Of a stretch of 64,000 nucleotides of DNA, positions 1 to 13,100 are shown piece by piece. The position numbers and the translations under genes are program-made. The notes beneath the pieces are model-generated. The model searched no databases. It was not told the origin of the DNA and saw only the letters and a list, made by a program, of their open reading frames with translations. Source of the DNA: Gekko japonicus (lineage: Eukaryota). The DNA is taken from contig NW_015159759.1 in NCBI RefSeq assembly GCF_001447785.1, forward strand, positions 68,112-132,111, read 5' to 3'. How positions within the stretch are numbered: the stretch's first letter is position 1; each line of letters starts with the position of its first letter.

Positions 1-1600
1 GTCCTGTGTGTTTGTCCTGGGGACAGTGCACTTTGGAGTAGCTGGCACCAGAACCGCGCTTTGGACCAGCACACCGCATATGTCCCCTTGAAGGGGAGAG
101 TCCTGTGAATGTGGGGGTATATGATATGTGGTGGTCCATTCCTTAATTTGGGTGCAGGGGGCACTTCCTTATTCAAATTTGAAATACAGGCCTCAGGGAA
201 GCCCTGCGAACGGAAGCTGGTGCAACTGAAGCTTGTGGCATCAGAACCGGTGTTTGGACCGGGCATCCCTGCATGTCACCTTGCAGGGCACAGTCCCCAG
301 AGCGTGGGGATGTGTCGTTTGGGGTGGTCCAATTATTGTTTTGGGGTGCAGCCTGGCCCCAGTGCCGTCCTGTGTGTTTGTCCTGGGGACAGTGCGCTTT
401 GGAGCAGCTGGCACCAGAACCGCGCTTTGGACCAGCACACCACATATGTCCCCTCGAAGGGGAGAGTCCTGTGAATGTGGGGGTATATGGTATGTGGTGG
501 TCCAGACCTTATTTTGGGTGCAGGGGGCACTTCCTTATTCAAATTTGAAATACAGGCTTCAGGGAAGCCCTGCGAACGGAAGCTGGTGCAACTGAAGCTC
601 GTGGCATCAGTACCGGTGTTTGGACCGGGCATCCCTGCATGTCACCTTGCAGGGCACAGTCCCCAGAGCGTGGGGATGTGTCGTTTGGGGTGGTCCAAAT
701 ATTGTTTTGGAGTGCAGTCTGCCCCAGTGCTGTCCTGTGTGTTTGTCTTGGGGACAGTGCACTTTGGAGCAGCTGGCACCAGAACCGCACGTTGGACCAG
801 CACACCGCATATGTCCTCTCGAAGGGGAGAGTCCTGTGAATGTGGGGGTATATGATATGTGGTGGTCCAGACCTTATTTTGGGTGCAGGGGGCACTTCCT
901 TATTCAAATTTGAAATACAGGCTTCAGGGAAGCCCTGCGAACGGAAGCTGGTGCAACTGAAGCTCGTGGCATCAGAACCGGTGTTTGGACCGGGCATCCC
1001 TGCATGTCACCTTGCAGGGCACAGTCCCCAGAGTGTGGGGATGTGTCGTTTGGGGTGGTCCAATTATTGCTCTGGGGTGCAGTCTGTCCCAGTGCCATCC
1101 TGTGTGTTTGTCCTGGAGACAGTGCGCTTTGGAGCAGCTGGCACCAGAACCGCGCTTTGGACCAGCACACCGCATATGTCCCCTCGAAGGGGAGAGTGCT
1201 GTGAATGTGGGGGTATATGATATATGGTGGTCCATTCCTTAATTTGAGTGCAGGGGGCACTTCCTTATTCAAATCTGCTTTAAAATACAGGCCTCGGGGA
1301 AGCCCTGCGAACAGAAGCTCGTGGCATCAAAACCGGTGTTTGGACCGGGCATCTCTGCATGTCACCTTGCAGGACACAGTCCCCAGAGCGTGGGGATGTG
1401 TCATTTGGGGTGGTCCAAATATTGTTTTGGGGTGCAGCCTGGCCCCAGTGCCTGCTTGTGTGATTGTCCTAGGGGCACTGCACTTTGGAGCAGCTGGCAC
1501 CAGAACCGCGCTTTGGACCAGCACACCGCATATGTCCCCTCGAAGGGGAGAGTCCTGTGAATGTGGGGGTATATGATATGTGGTGGTCCAGACTTTAGTT
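1..1600. repeat. Tandem satellite array, ~365-bp unit (~4.4 copies visible; truncated by window start)
   Basis: Unit start GTCCTGTGTGTTTGTC recurs at 1, 367, 732, ~1097 and ~1453 (periods 366, 365, 365, ~356) with high identity between units. Confidence 0.95.
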
Positions 1601-1722
1601 TGGGGTTCAGAGCTTTCCAACTCACTCTCCCTAGTGTTTCTGAATGACTACACGAATACGAATAAGTAACGAATAAGGAATGAATAAGGAAGTGCGAATA
1701 AGGAACCAACTTCAGCCTCCTA
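1601..1722. mobile_element. Possible right end of a hAT(Ac-like) non-autonomous DNA transposon carrying the satellite
   Basis: Clustered (C)GAATA(AGG) motifs at 1653-1705 followed by CAGCCTCCTA, resembling the reverse complement of a TAGGG(A/C)TG-type TIR; the left end is outside the window. Confidence 0.35.
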
Positions 1723-1829
1723 TCTGGTCCTTAGATGTATGTCCATACTATATCTATTTGTTGTATTAATCTCATACCTACAGCTATCTTTCCAAGAAAT
1801 TATTAAATTATTGTTCTCCATTATGGACT

Positions 1830-2070
1830 AGGTTTGCATTTTGGAGATAGACTAGGACTCAGCATCGATACTCAATATCCAGGAAATTATTGTGGCTCAG
1901 AAAACTTATGGACTTCAGTTGATATAATAGCTGCATCTTCTACTAGAAAACAAGGATCTGGGTACAGCTACTCATGCCTTAGCAACTTGTAGATGAGGTT
2001 ACTACAGTGTAATCTACCCAGGGCTCCTCTTGAAGGCAGTTTATAAACTCTGCCTGGATCAGAATTATAT
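1830..2070 (+). mobile_element. Old, degraded L2-clade LINE RT fragment
   Basis: Decayed similarity to the younger L2 copy at 31.9 kb (QL..LL..KDL.T..HAL...R..Y...Y.GL.L). Confidence 0.45.
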
Positions 2071-5059
2071 TTGTTCTAAAAGAGGGTCCTGTAATAGTTA
2101 CCAACTTCCCCAAGCCTGAAATTCATGTAGGCCTGAACTCCATGAAGTTCACCCATTAAAAAATGTTTTCTGGTGGCCAGAAACTTCCCCTTCCTCCGAC
2201 CATCCCCTTTCCTCTCCCATTCCCTCTTCATTTACCTGACAGCTTCAGAGATGGTGAGATTGTGGGGGGCAACCTTTTTCCTGTTCCACCCCCTAAAATG
2301 CCCCAATAAGCCTATAAATTTTTAAATTTGCTTTTACATTTGAACTGTTTTGTGAATCATTTTAAATTTGCTTTACCGCAAACTACTTGTGATGACATTG
2401 GGGCTATAATGTGGTCTATATATATAGGATTGAATCTTACCTCTTGAAGAGCCTTCCTCTGATTGTTCCTTATGCAGACAGAAAACTCTACACTTAAGCT
2501 GAATAGAACAGTAGAATCTAAGCCATTCTAAGTAAATAACAGAATGCAGAGTTTTAGGTTATGTCATGTTAGACCTTTACAGAAATAGGCAGAAAATATG
2601 AAAGGGGGTGCAGAAAGGATTGTTAAAAAGTCACCTAACAGTATCAAAGGGAAGGCTGTTAAAGTAACAGGAGCTCTGCATTTCCAATCTCTCTGTTTTA
2701 TGAACATGTTCAGGAACTTCTTTAATGTCGAACGCTCAATTATAGCGACAATACAATAACCAATAAGGAAGATTTCTATTGATTTGATTCCCAGTGCTGA
2801 CAGGGATTATTTCTCTAACCTGTCTAATCATGAAAAGAATTGACAGCTTTCTTTAGATGTTTTTATATAAGCAACCCTACAAATATGGGTGACAATCATT
2901 TTCAGAATAGTTAGACTACCTGAAACTCAATAAGGAGGGTCTGAACACTTGAATCTTAAATTAATTTCACAAGCCTAATCTTCAGTATCTACCGCATAAC
3001 TTTTGGAAACTGTTTCCCGTTATCTAAGTCAATAGAGGACAAAAGTCATCTTGAGGAAAGTCTTACATCCATTTCAGAAACATCATGAGAAAATGCTTCA
3101 GAAGGCATTTTCAAGATAGTATTAAACCAACTCAAATTTGCTAGCTGCAAGAACCTGAAGAGTTTAATAGCTTTCGACTAAATCCATCTTTTTCTTATCA
3201 AAACAATAAAGAACTTTCATACTGCAAAGGAAAAAATGACTTTTAGTCTCTAAGTGCTTCAGTACATTACAGGTATTAGGGAAGCAGAAAGACACCCCAG
3301 CAGCTTAATGCAGGGTCAGATGACATGTAATAGCATCTGCACATTTGCCATTGGGACACTACCACCATTTTAAAGTGATGGGCCTGCACTATGGTGGACT
3401 GAGGTGCTACTGTCCCCTCACCTCATGCCTTTTCAAGTGCCAGTACAACCACATAATTTCCATGGCTGTTTTGGCACTTGAAATGATATGCTTGGGGGTG
3501 TGTGTGTGTGTATCTTTACCTATTCCCATTCATCTCACTATGGGAGAAAGTGATCAGATAAACTAAGAAAAGATCCCAAAGGGTGGTCTTTAAGTACCAC
3601 CTTCCAGGAATACTGTAAAGACAAGCAAATTCTTTCATAACATTCAGTTTGATAATGTTGGGTTGAGCATGTCATCGCTGACTGGTAGTAGGTGATGTGA
3701 AAGATCTCTACCCTGAGACCTGGAGAGCCACTGCTAGTCAGAGTAGACCGTATAAGGCAGCTTCATGTATGTTCACTACAGCCTGATCCCATAGGTCCTA
3801 TGATCTTACCACACAGGTAATCTATAGCACTCCCACATGATTATTAGATCCCATAATGGGAAAACACAATAATGCTTTTCCCTGCAACAAACTGACCCTT
3901 AAAATTGGCTTGCTTCTCCAATTCAATTATACCAAACTGCAATTTGGAGTAGAATTTCTGGTATACTTCAAGATTAATAATAGTCATAAGTAGAACATGA
4001 AGTATTGCTACACCAAGCTTTTCTTTCTGCAGTACCCTAGTGGGCACCCATGGCCTTCATACATTCAGACTTTTTATTTTGATCACATGCATTAGTCTTG
4101 TTTACAGATGCCACTATAATAGGATTTTGGACTATAGAACATTCAGTCCCAATTTGGATTTTGCTAACTATGTTTATCGTTGTAGTAGGAAAATCCAATC
4201 CTAACTACACAAAGTTGATACCCACTAGGAAGTCTGATAGGGATGTACATAGCATGTTTCTTGAATCCTGTGGTGGGAAAGAAGTTTTACTTTCCCAGTG
4301 TCAGTTTTAAAAGCTGCTTAAACTTCTCAAAAAGCCAGCTTTCACCACTGTCCTAATGATTTCCCTGAACAGTTGCTAGAAACAGCATCAAGTCATTGCC
4401 AAATCCCTTCTTATGTTCTTTGAGAACATACACCAGTATCTTTTACTTGCTGACTTCACAGCATGAGCAGGCACAATGCTTTGCTTTTAGCAATTCATTT
4501 CTTCCTTAGTGGTGGGGACTGCTTTTTGTACCCTGTACTGTACTGTACCCCCTCATGGATCACTGCCTTGTCCTATCGGTATACATTTTCCTTTAGTGCC
4601 ATCTATGAGACTCTGTACACCTCTAAAGACACCCACATGAACAGAAGTCTTTTGGAAGTGTCATATCAAGCTAGGAACATTAAAAAGTGCTTCATACAGA
4701 TGTTCTAGTAGCTAGGGCTTGGAGCCAATTGAGAATTTCTGCATTTGAAGAAGAGTGGAACACAGTATGCATGACTTTTACAGATTTCCCTCTCTCACTG
4801 CAGACCTCCCTCTCCCCTGATGCAGCATTTGGGGGGCATTTCAGGCTTTCCATCAGCAAAAATCCTCCATGAGATCTGGCCCTAGGTTTTCTATGCATTT
4901 TATTTAGAGCAGGTCTCTGTAATATCTTTCTATTCCAACTGTGCCCCAATGCTAGAATGGAAGAGTTGATTTGTTCTAATCAAAAACAGAGCAACTCCAG
5001 CTATATTCACTTTGAGTCTATATATGATAGGAAAAGATAAAGAACACCAGCTGAATCAA

Positions 5060-5991
5060 TATTGTTTTATTTATTATTCCTTTACAGTTAGGCAAGACCA
5101 GTTTAGTGTGAGAAAAGAAAACCTGTTCGATACATTCAGTGAATAGACAGAACAGATTATTCTTAGCTTACAATATATTAACAGTTCAATAATTAACTTC
5201 ATGTTAAAATAATTACTCTTTCACAATAGTATTTTCTAATTAAACAAGACTTTATAAAAAAAAATCAAATTATTTATTTGTCCACAATGAATAGACAACT
5301 ATACAGTTGTGACCATCTCCAGGTCTTGAATTTCTTAAGAGGAAAAGCACCCATTCACAGTAGGTGTAATAAGAAACATAATAGTAGGTGACAGAACCAA
5401 AAACATACTGTTCAGCTAGTTAACAGGCTGTCAGTAAAAGTTACTAGCTATAAGGTACAGTTGAAAGAACTAGAGCACTTCACTGGATATTTAAAATCCA
5501 ATGTTAATCTAATAGCTATAGGAGACTCAAAGACATGTAGTTATATTATTAACAATAACAATGATTTTATATAGCACTTTCATTGTTCAAAGTACTGTAC
5601 ATACATTATTTTTAGTCCATACCACAACCCTCAAAACTAAGCCAAAATTATCATTGTATTACAGACAGAGGAGTTAGAAGAAGAGAGTGTGGTTTGCCTA
5701 AGACCACAATGTGAATTTATGGCAGCTACAATACAAATTCATGACAAAGTTTTGAATTAAGGACGTCCTGGATCTAAAATCATTCTCCTAGCTGCTACAC
5801 CATCTTCCTTGGTTCATCTTTTTTGGCATTCTCTTTTTTGTATAAGTGATGTTAATTATTAGAAAACATACTATAACCACTATAGCTTGAAGTTCAAATC
5901 AGTAAACATCCTGTTCACATGAACATTCCCTTCAATAATAATCTTCGAAGAACTCATGATTCGCAAAACTTTACTTTTATACGAAGACTAT
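5060..5991 (-). other. C4orf33: Candidate non-coding terminal (3'UTR) exon of C4orf33
   Basis: Donor GAGG|gtaagc at 7050, 23 nt after the stop; strong acceptor cttctctttttctttacag| at 5992; minus-strand AATAAA at 5273-5278 and 5066-5071. Confidence 0.45.
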
Positions 5992-7073
5992 CTGTAAAGA
6001 AAAAGAGAAGTTCTATTTAGCTGCTTGTAACAGATTCTTGTTTAGAAATCAACTTGCACCTGCAATAAATCTTTGTGTAACATACAAATACAAGAAATAC
6101 TTTATTGGAGATGTTCTGGAATGGAACACAGAAACAGAAAAAAGGAGCAGTGTTGAAATGACCTGTACAGAAAGCATACAGTTGGGGATCTAAATCAAAA
6201 TATTATGCTTGACAGCTACAAATCACAAGCCTGAAAACGTGTTTCTATTTATCAAGAGATACAAAAGCCTTTAAAATGTAGAAATGCCTTTTAGTGTCAC
6301 TTATGTGTGACAAATGGCAGGACACATAAGAAAACACTTGGGTTGGATCCAACTAATTTCTCCACTGGTGCTATAATTAGCTTTATCCCCACTGTTAGCA
6401 AACATCAAACTTCCCGCTGCCAAAAACAAGGGGCAAGTTTCACCATACTCCAAGGATGATTTTAGTCTCATCCTAAGGAGTTACACCCTTCCAAGTCAAA
6501 TTACTTTAATGGACTTAGACGAGTACAAATCCGTTTAGGATGGCACTGTAAATGAAGCTAATTTACTGTGTTCCACAGAATTTACAATAAAACATGAGCT
6601 CAGCCACACAGAAAGGTGTGAGTGTTTGAAACCTTTTGGCCATCTAATATAATTAATCCCTGCAAAGGTCGTTTGTTTTATTCAACTCAGTAGTATCCTT
6701 GAGTTTAGCCCTTTTTACTTTGTTGCACAGAAATCAAAGTAAGGCTACAATGTAAACTGGCATATTTGGGAGTCAGTTCCATTGATTTCACTGGGACTTT
6801 GGAGTAAAGTGCTTGTAACTGGAACTGCACAGGAGAGGAAAGTTGAGAAGCAGCAAACAGTCATTAGTGAAACTGGCTTGTCAGAGGTTTTTCTTTAGCA
6901 TATGCAAATATAAACTGATGACAGTTCATTCTGTTTGAGCATAAATTCAACCCTTATGCCACTACCCACTTTTAAAAATGATTATATGCTTGCAGACACT
7001 AATTCGTTGAAAACTGAGTCTTGCTGCTTTTGAACTTCTTGATAGCTTACCCTCTTGTCTTATTTATTTGTTC

Positions 7074-7164
7074 TCACGGTGCCCAGAAAACTGATACTGG
7101 CTGCTTCCAACCTTCTCCCATTAATGTTTTCAAGTCAAAGCATTTAAAATATTCTAGACGATGA
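7074..7164 (-). CDS. C4orf33: C4orf33 last coding exon ([29 protein letters not shown])
   Basis: Polypyrimidine tract then ag|T CAT CGT CTA GAA; TGA stop at 7074-7076. Confidence 0.93.
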
Positions 7165-10100
7165 CTAAAAAAGAAAAGAGGCAAAGACTAGGATGGGTTA
7201 GAAACATCTGCACTTCCACCATTTCTGTTCCTGCTGAATATTTAACTATACCAACAGTAGTGTCAACTAGGGGTGTGGAGTCGGTATTTACCAACCTGAA
7301 TTACCAGTTGAGAAAGAGACTGATACTTTCTGTTTATATCTGCTGACACTCAATCTACATGAATTGTGCACATACATGTATTCCCATAGGCATAGAGAAA
7401 GCTGCTTGCATTACCTATTGTGAGAGATTTCACTTGCCTGCATTTTATGTTAATAAGGTTTGCACACACATTCAGCTCCTAGCCTTATGGGAAAGAGAAG
7501 CACATTTCGACATTGTTAGCAGAAACGACAACTAAGGAGAGGAAATCCCCCACTGCTGAAGGACCTGATGTCACGCAGCACATGGATCCGATCTGCATCT
7601 GAATAGCCATTTCCCATTGGAAGGTGCCTTGATTGCCTGGGAAAGCCAAGATCTATCTGTATATCAGGGAAGGTCCAGGATGCCAAGACTTCACACCTGA
7701 CCAGATGGCTTTCCATGAGTTAGAGTTTAGAGTTTCAAATATTGGCCCAACCCCTAAGGTACCTGCCCCTTACTACATGCACCAATGACTGAGGTTATGG
7801 GATGGACTTGCAGGTAGGTGGGTTTACAGAATGGCAAGGTTGCCACCCACCTGGAGATTCAACTATAAAAAGCAGGGACCATGTGATGGGTCTTTGCTAA
7901 CCGCAAAACCCCTTCAACATCCCCTGTCTTCTTTCTTCCCCTAAAGCCCAGCTTTCTATCCAACAATCCTTTGTCTATTTCTGATCTCTTAGTGTGCACA
8001 GCCAAAGAGGTCCACGCTTTGCTGGCTGGTTCTAGCGAGTGCCAATTAGAGACATCCCTAGGTACTATTTTTCTTACCCCTCAATTCTTCATTACATCAG
8101 ACAAGGCTTCGGGAAAGATAAGTATGAACGTATACCAACCTACCTCCTAAGTAAAGGAGAAACTATTTTTCTATTTCTGTATTCTAAAGGAACTTGATTG
8201 CTTGTGTGAGTGATTCTGTTTTGTGTGTATGCGATTTTGATATTATTCAGTAAAAGACAAATTGTTTTGGAAATCACCAGTCTCGTCTCTTTCACTGGGA
8301 CTTACCTGGGTGGATTAGGACCTCCGTAAACGTTGGCAAGAACTCATATTAAATTTAGTTGCCATCTGCTGTACATAAAGCAGTTTGGCTAACATACCTG
8401 AAAAATACTTTCAGTATTAGGGTATTTACTAAGACAAATCAGATTCTCTAATCTGTAACTGGCTATCGATATAGAGAATCCCAATAAAAGCCGATATCAT
8501 TTGGCTTTTATTCGGCTTGATACATCAATGCCTAATTGCAGCTTCTCCAGGCCCACAGTTTAAACCGTGAGGCAGGAGAAACCTCCCAGCTGGGTCTATG
8601 TGCGGTGGGGAGAAACCTCCTCACTGCATACAGATCCTAGGGCCAGCTTATCCTGGCCCATGTTTTAAACTGCAGGCAGACAGAAGCCTCCCAGCCAAGT
8701 CTGCATGCAACAGGGAGACACTCTCCCACTGCACGCAGATCCTTTGCAAGCCACACTGTAAGTGAACTCCAATGGTGACTTGAGCTCACCCTCCTTACAG
8801 TGCAGCTTGCAAAATGCATTTAAAGGGACAGTTCCTTTAAATGCGATTGGCAAGCCATGCAATGAGTGAACTTCCAAAGCAGCAAGTTCACCCTTTCGGG
8901 TTCACTCGCAGTATAGCTTACCAAATGCATTTAAATGGACTATCCCTTTAAATATGGTTTGTGAACTGTGCCATGAGTGAACTCCAAAGCAGTGAGTTCC
9001 CCCCTTTCGGGATTCACTTGTGGTGCAAATTGCAAAATGCATCTAAAGGGACCATTCCTTTAAATGCAGAGGCCAAAAAAATTGGCAATCCTGATTATTT
9101 CTCAAATCCCAATACCATATCACTATTAGGAAATACTGATATTGTTTGGGTTCAATATACCAAAACCCCCAAAATACCATTTTTGTACACATCCGTCATG
9201 TCAACTTTGATTACAAAAATTATTTTACTGCTCCTTACCACTTCAAGCCATGGTATCTTATTTTATGAATATGCCAGTTACTCTTTTAAAGCCAAATTAT
9301 TAGGCAAACTGATTTCATAATTACATCCCATACTTTCCTACATTCCTACATGGAATGGCTGATACTCATTTGAAACAAAAGTGCATGGAAAATGAAACTA
9401 TTTTAACAAGTCACGTTATACTTCAAGGTAATATTCTTTTGTCAAGAGTACTAAAAATAAGTAACTAAACATTAGGAAGAGTAGTTTTTACATTTGTATT
9501 ATAGATACATAGATTCAACTTATATAAAATAATCAACAATTCTGTATTCTAACATTTGTTACAAAACAATGTATCCCTTGAAATAAAGAAGAGTATTCTG
9601 AGTTAAACTTTTAAGACATTAAAAAAAACCTAAGCTGTCTCCTTAAAAGCACTTTTTCTAACTCTAAAATGCCTTATTTGCTATAAGCCTCTACAGATAA
9701 TGAATTCTTTTCCGAGCAAAGCCAAAATATTTAGCAGACACCCATAAACAGCCAGCTCTCAGGCTCAAACTAGACAAGACATTTGGATGATCCGATGATG
9801 AATCTCTTCTGTCTTGACAGGGCCTCTGAACTGAATTAAGAGAGTAACACAGGTTAACCCCTCACCATCCCATGCTATTTTTCCTATGTTATCCTTCTCC
9901 CAGTGCTAGTTGCCCTGCTAGGCAAACAGAATTGGAGTGGAGGGGGAGGACTGGTGGTGGTGGTGGTGGAAAAGTACCATCAAGTTGTAGCTAACACATG
10001 GTGACCCCATAGGGTTTTCAAGGCAAGAGACAAACAGAAGTGACCTGCCTCTTACCGTCAAAAATGGCATAAGGAAATGATCAAAAATATACTGCCCTAT

Positions 10101-13100
10101 CACTACAGTTCCAATCCAGTTCAGGGCCGCTACAGTTGCTTTGAAAGTTCTGTGATTGGATTTCCAACATCTCATCTAGCTAAACCTGGAAAATAATATA
10201 ACACTTAATTAAACCAAAGTTAGGCCTGCATAAAGAGAGATCAGGAAGCAGGGATTACAAAAAGGTTTGGTGAATGACTGAAAAAATGTGGACATTTGAG
10301 CAACACATAATTAACAGTGAGAAGCACACTGTAAGTGACACATACTGATGAGGCCTTTTGCTTCCACAGATATGAACGTATATGAACTGCACAGCATGTC
10401 CCAGACCTCAGAAAGCATTCAATGTAATGGACTGGGGAAAAGAAGAGTAAAAATCCTTGCCATAACAACTTATAATAGAATGCAGATCCTCCTCATTCAG
10501 TTTTTGTCTTCCTACTTCGCACTCAGTAAACAAGGCAATAAAACAATGTAGCTTTCAGTTGTCATAATAGAAAACAGTTCTTCAGATCTACTTACAAATC
10601 AGGTTGCTGATCCTTCTGCATCTCATGTTGTGGTACACAATAGAGGGCTTCATAGGTTCTAGCTACACCTGATCCATGGATTGCGAAAGCATTAAATTGG
10701 TCAGTAGCTGGTGGAAGATAGCTCCAGGGAAGATGAGCTCTGCCATTCCACTGAGCACTTGTTCTTGATACTTCAAATTTTAAAGGAAGCTCTTGCTGTA
10801 TTTAAAGGAAGACAAAGACTTAGCCTGGTCTTCCAAGCAGTAGGTGATTGAGTAGTAAGGGGGAAAGTGGCTCACTTACTTTTAGTATTTTCCTTCTGCC
10901 ACAAAGCAACAAAATGAGATACTGTCCATGCCTACGAAAACATGGTATAATCATACTGCAAGTATGTTTACAAGCATATCAGCAAGCCAGAGGTGCATTA
11001 CTATTCTTAGATTAGTACAGTCTTACCTATTAAAAGGCAAATACAACTTCTAAAAAACACCAGTTATGTAGCTATTAAAATATAGGACTACATTTGCTAC
11101 ATTCTGGACTACATAAAAACTGATTTTATTAACCTTTTAACATAATATTTTTACATACAGTTCTTCTTAGTAACCACAACAGTTCATACACATACTAAGA
11201 CATGATAAATAGGGTCAAGGACATCAATTCACCCCATTTGTCATCCACTGATTCATCAGGGTGACCTTTTACTTCTGTTTGATGCACAGACACTATTTAA
11301 TCTCAGCTGCTGCTGTAGTAGTCTAATTATAAATATTTATTACTACCTACCAAGCAACATGGACATTTACCTTCAGTCTCATACAGGACAGTGATCTGAC
11401 TAGTAACAGTACTCACTTCTAGTTAAGATTATTTACTTTTGTGGGGTTGGGCAGGGCATACCAGTTATATGTCAAAGAAGAGAAGAGCTATAGTAGAAAG
11501 GAACATTGGCTAAAAGAAAAGAAAAGCATGTTTTAACGTTCAATCAGCACTGGTCTATAATACCTGCCATGGCTGCAGATTAGAAAAGACATCCAATTGG
11601 AGGTTATGAACACTGGCATAAAAGCAGTGTATGGTATATTATTTACTGAAATTAATTATTTAAACAACTCGCAATGCATTCCTATGCAGAGTTACTCTAG
11701 TCTAAACGCACTGAAATAAATGAATGTTTCAAAGAGTAACTTTACATAGGATTACTTTGTTAGTGGAGATTACATAAAGACAATTGGAGACCTGCAAGAA
11801 ACTTGCGGGATGGTTATCCTATTCCTCACACCTTTGCTTCCTCCCCTCCCCCCCCACCTCTCTCACACCCTTTCTTCCTTCTGCTCCACATTTTCTTACT
11901 CTCTCTCTCTCCTCCATGTATGTTATCTCCTTTCTCTTTCTGCCACCTCATCATTCTCTTTGTTTTTCTGCCTCTTCACCTCATCACTCTTTCTCTTTCT
12001 GCTCCCCACCCCATCACTCTCTCTTTCTGCTCCCACCACTCTCCCAGTCTCCTGCTCTCCTCCTCCCCCACCTTGCACAGCAGCAGCAGCAGTGGTGGCT
12101 CTCCTGGAATCACAACAGATCTCCCAGCAGCAGAGATCAATTCCCCTTACGGCTGCCAGCTCCATGTTTGGAAATTCCTGGAGATTTGGGGGTGGGGCCT
12201 TGAGACAGTGAGGTTCGGAAGGCAAGCAGCCTCAGCAGGGTTTAATGCCATAGAATCAACCCTTCAAAACAGCCATTTTATCCAGAGTAACTGATTTCTG
12301 TCACCTGGACAACAGTTGTAATTCTGGGTGATCTCCAGCCCTCACCTGGAGGCTGGCAATGGTAGTTCTCGTGGAGGAAATTGCTGGTTTGGAGGGTGGA
12401 GTCTATAGCACTATACTGGTCTGAAGTTCCTCCCCTCATCAAACCCCACCCTCCCCAGGCTCCACCCCTCAAATGTCCAGGAAGTTCCCAACCTGGAATT
12501 GGCAACCCTATTTCCTTCCCACCCAATAGTCAACCTACCTTTATCTGTCTTCAACTTTCTGTCTCCACATCCCTCCTCCACAGCCTCTACCTAGGAAAAT
12601 CTTTCTTCACAGTGGGGACTAATGCAGCTTACATTATTCTTTCCTCCTTTTTATCTGCACAACAACCCTGTGAGGTTGATTAGGCTGAAAGGTCCAAAAT
12701 CACCCAGTCAGCTTTCGCCAGAAGTTGGGGATCTGAACCTAGGTCTTGCAGACCCTACTTTGAAGCTCTAACTGCTGTACCACGCTGGCTTTCATAGGGT
12801 GGCTGCTGTTGAAGAGTAGCAAGCAACCAGGCCTAGTTGAGTCATGCAAATCAGGTGGTATCAAGTCACCCAGAGGGTGCTGCCTAGGGATGCCAGCCTC
12901 CAGGTGGGACCTGGGGATCCCCTGGAATTACTGCTCATCTCCAGTCTACAGAGATAATTTGCCATGGAGAAAATGGATGCTTTGGAGGGTGGATCCTATG
13001 GCATAGTACCCCACTGAGGTCCCTGTCGTCCCCAGGGTCCACCCCAAATCTTCAGGAGTTTCCCGGCCTGGATCTGACAACCTTACCCCCCATCCCATGC

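Noticed and set aside
1-1600. CRISPR-like array
   Set aside because: Eukaryotic DNA; whole units repeat with no unique spacers and no cas genes
109-1709. Many overlapping 60-150 aa ORFs
   Set aside because: They repeat with the 365-bp satellite period on both strands and have no recognisable protein motif
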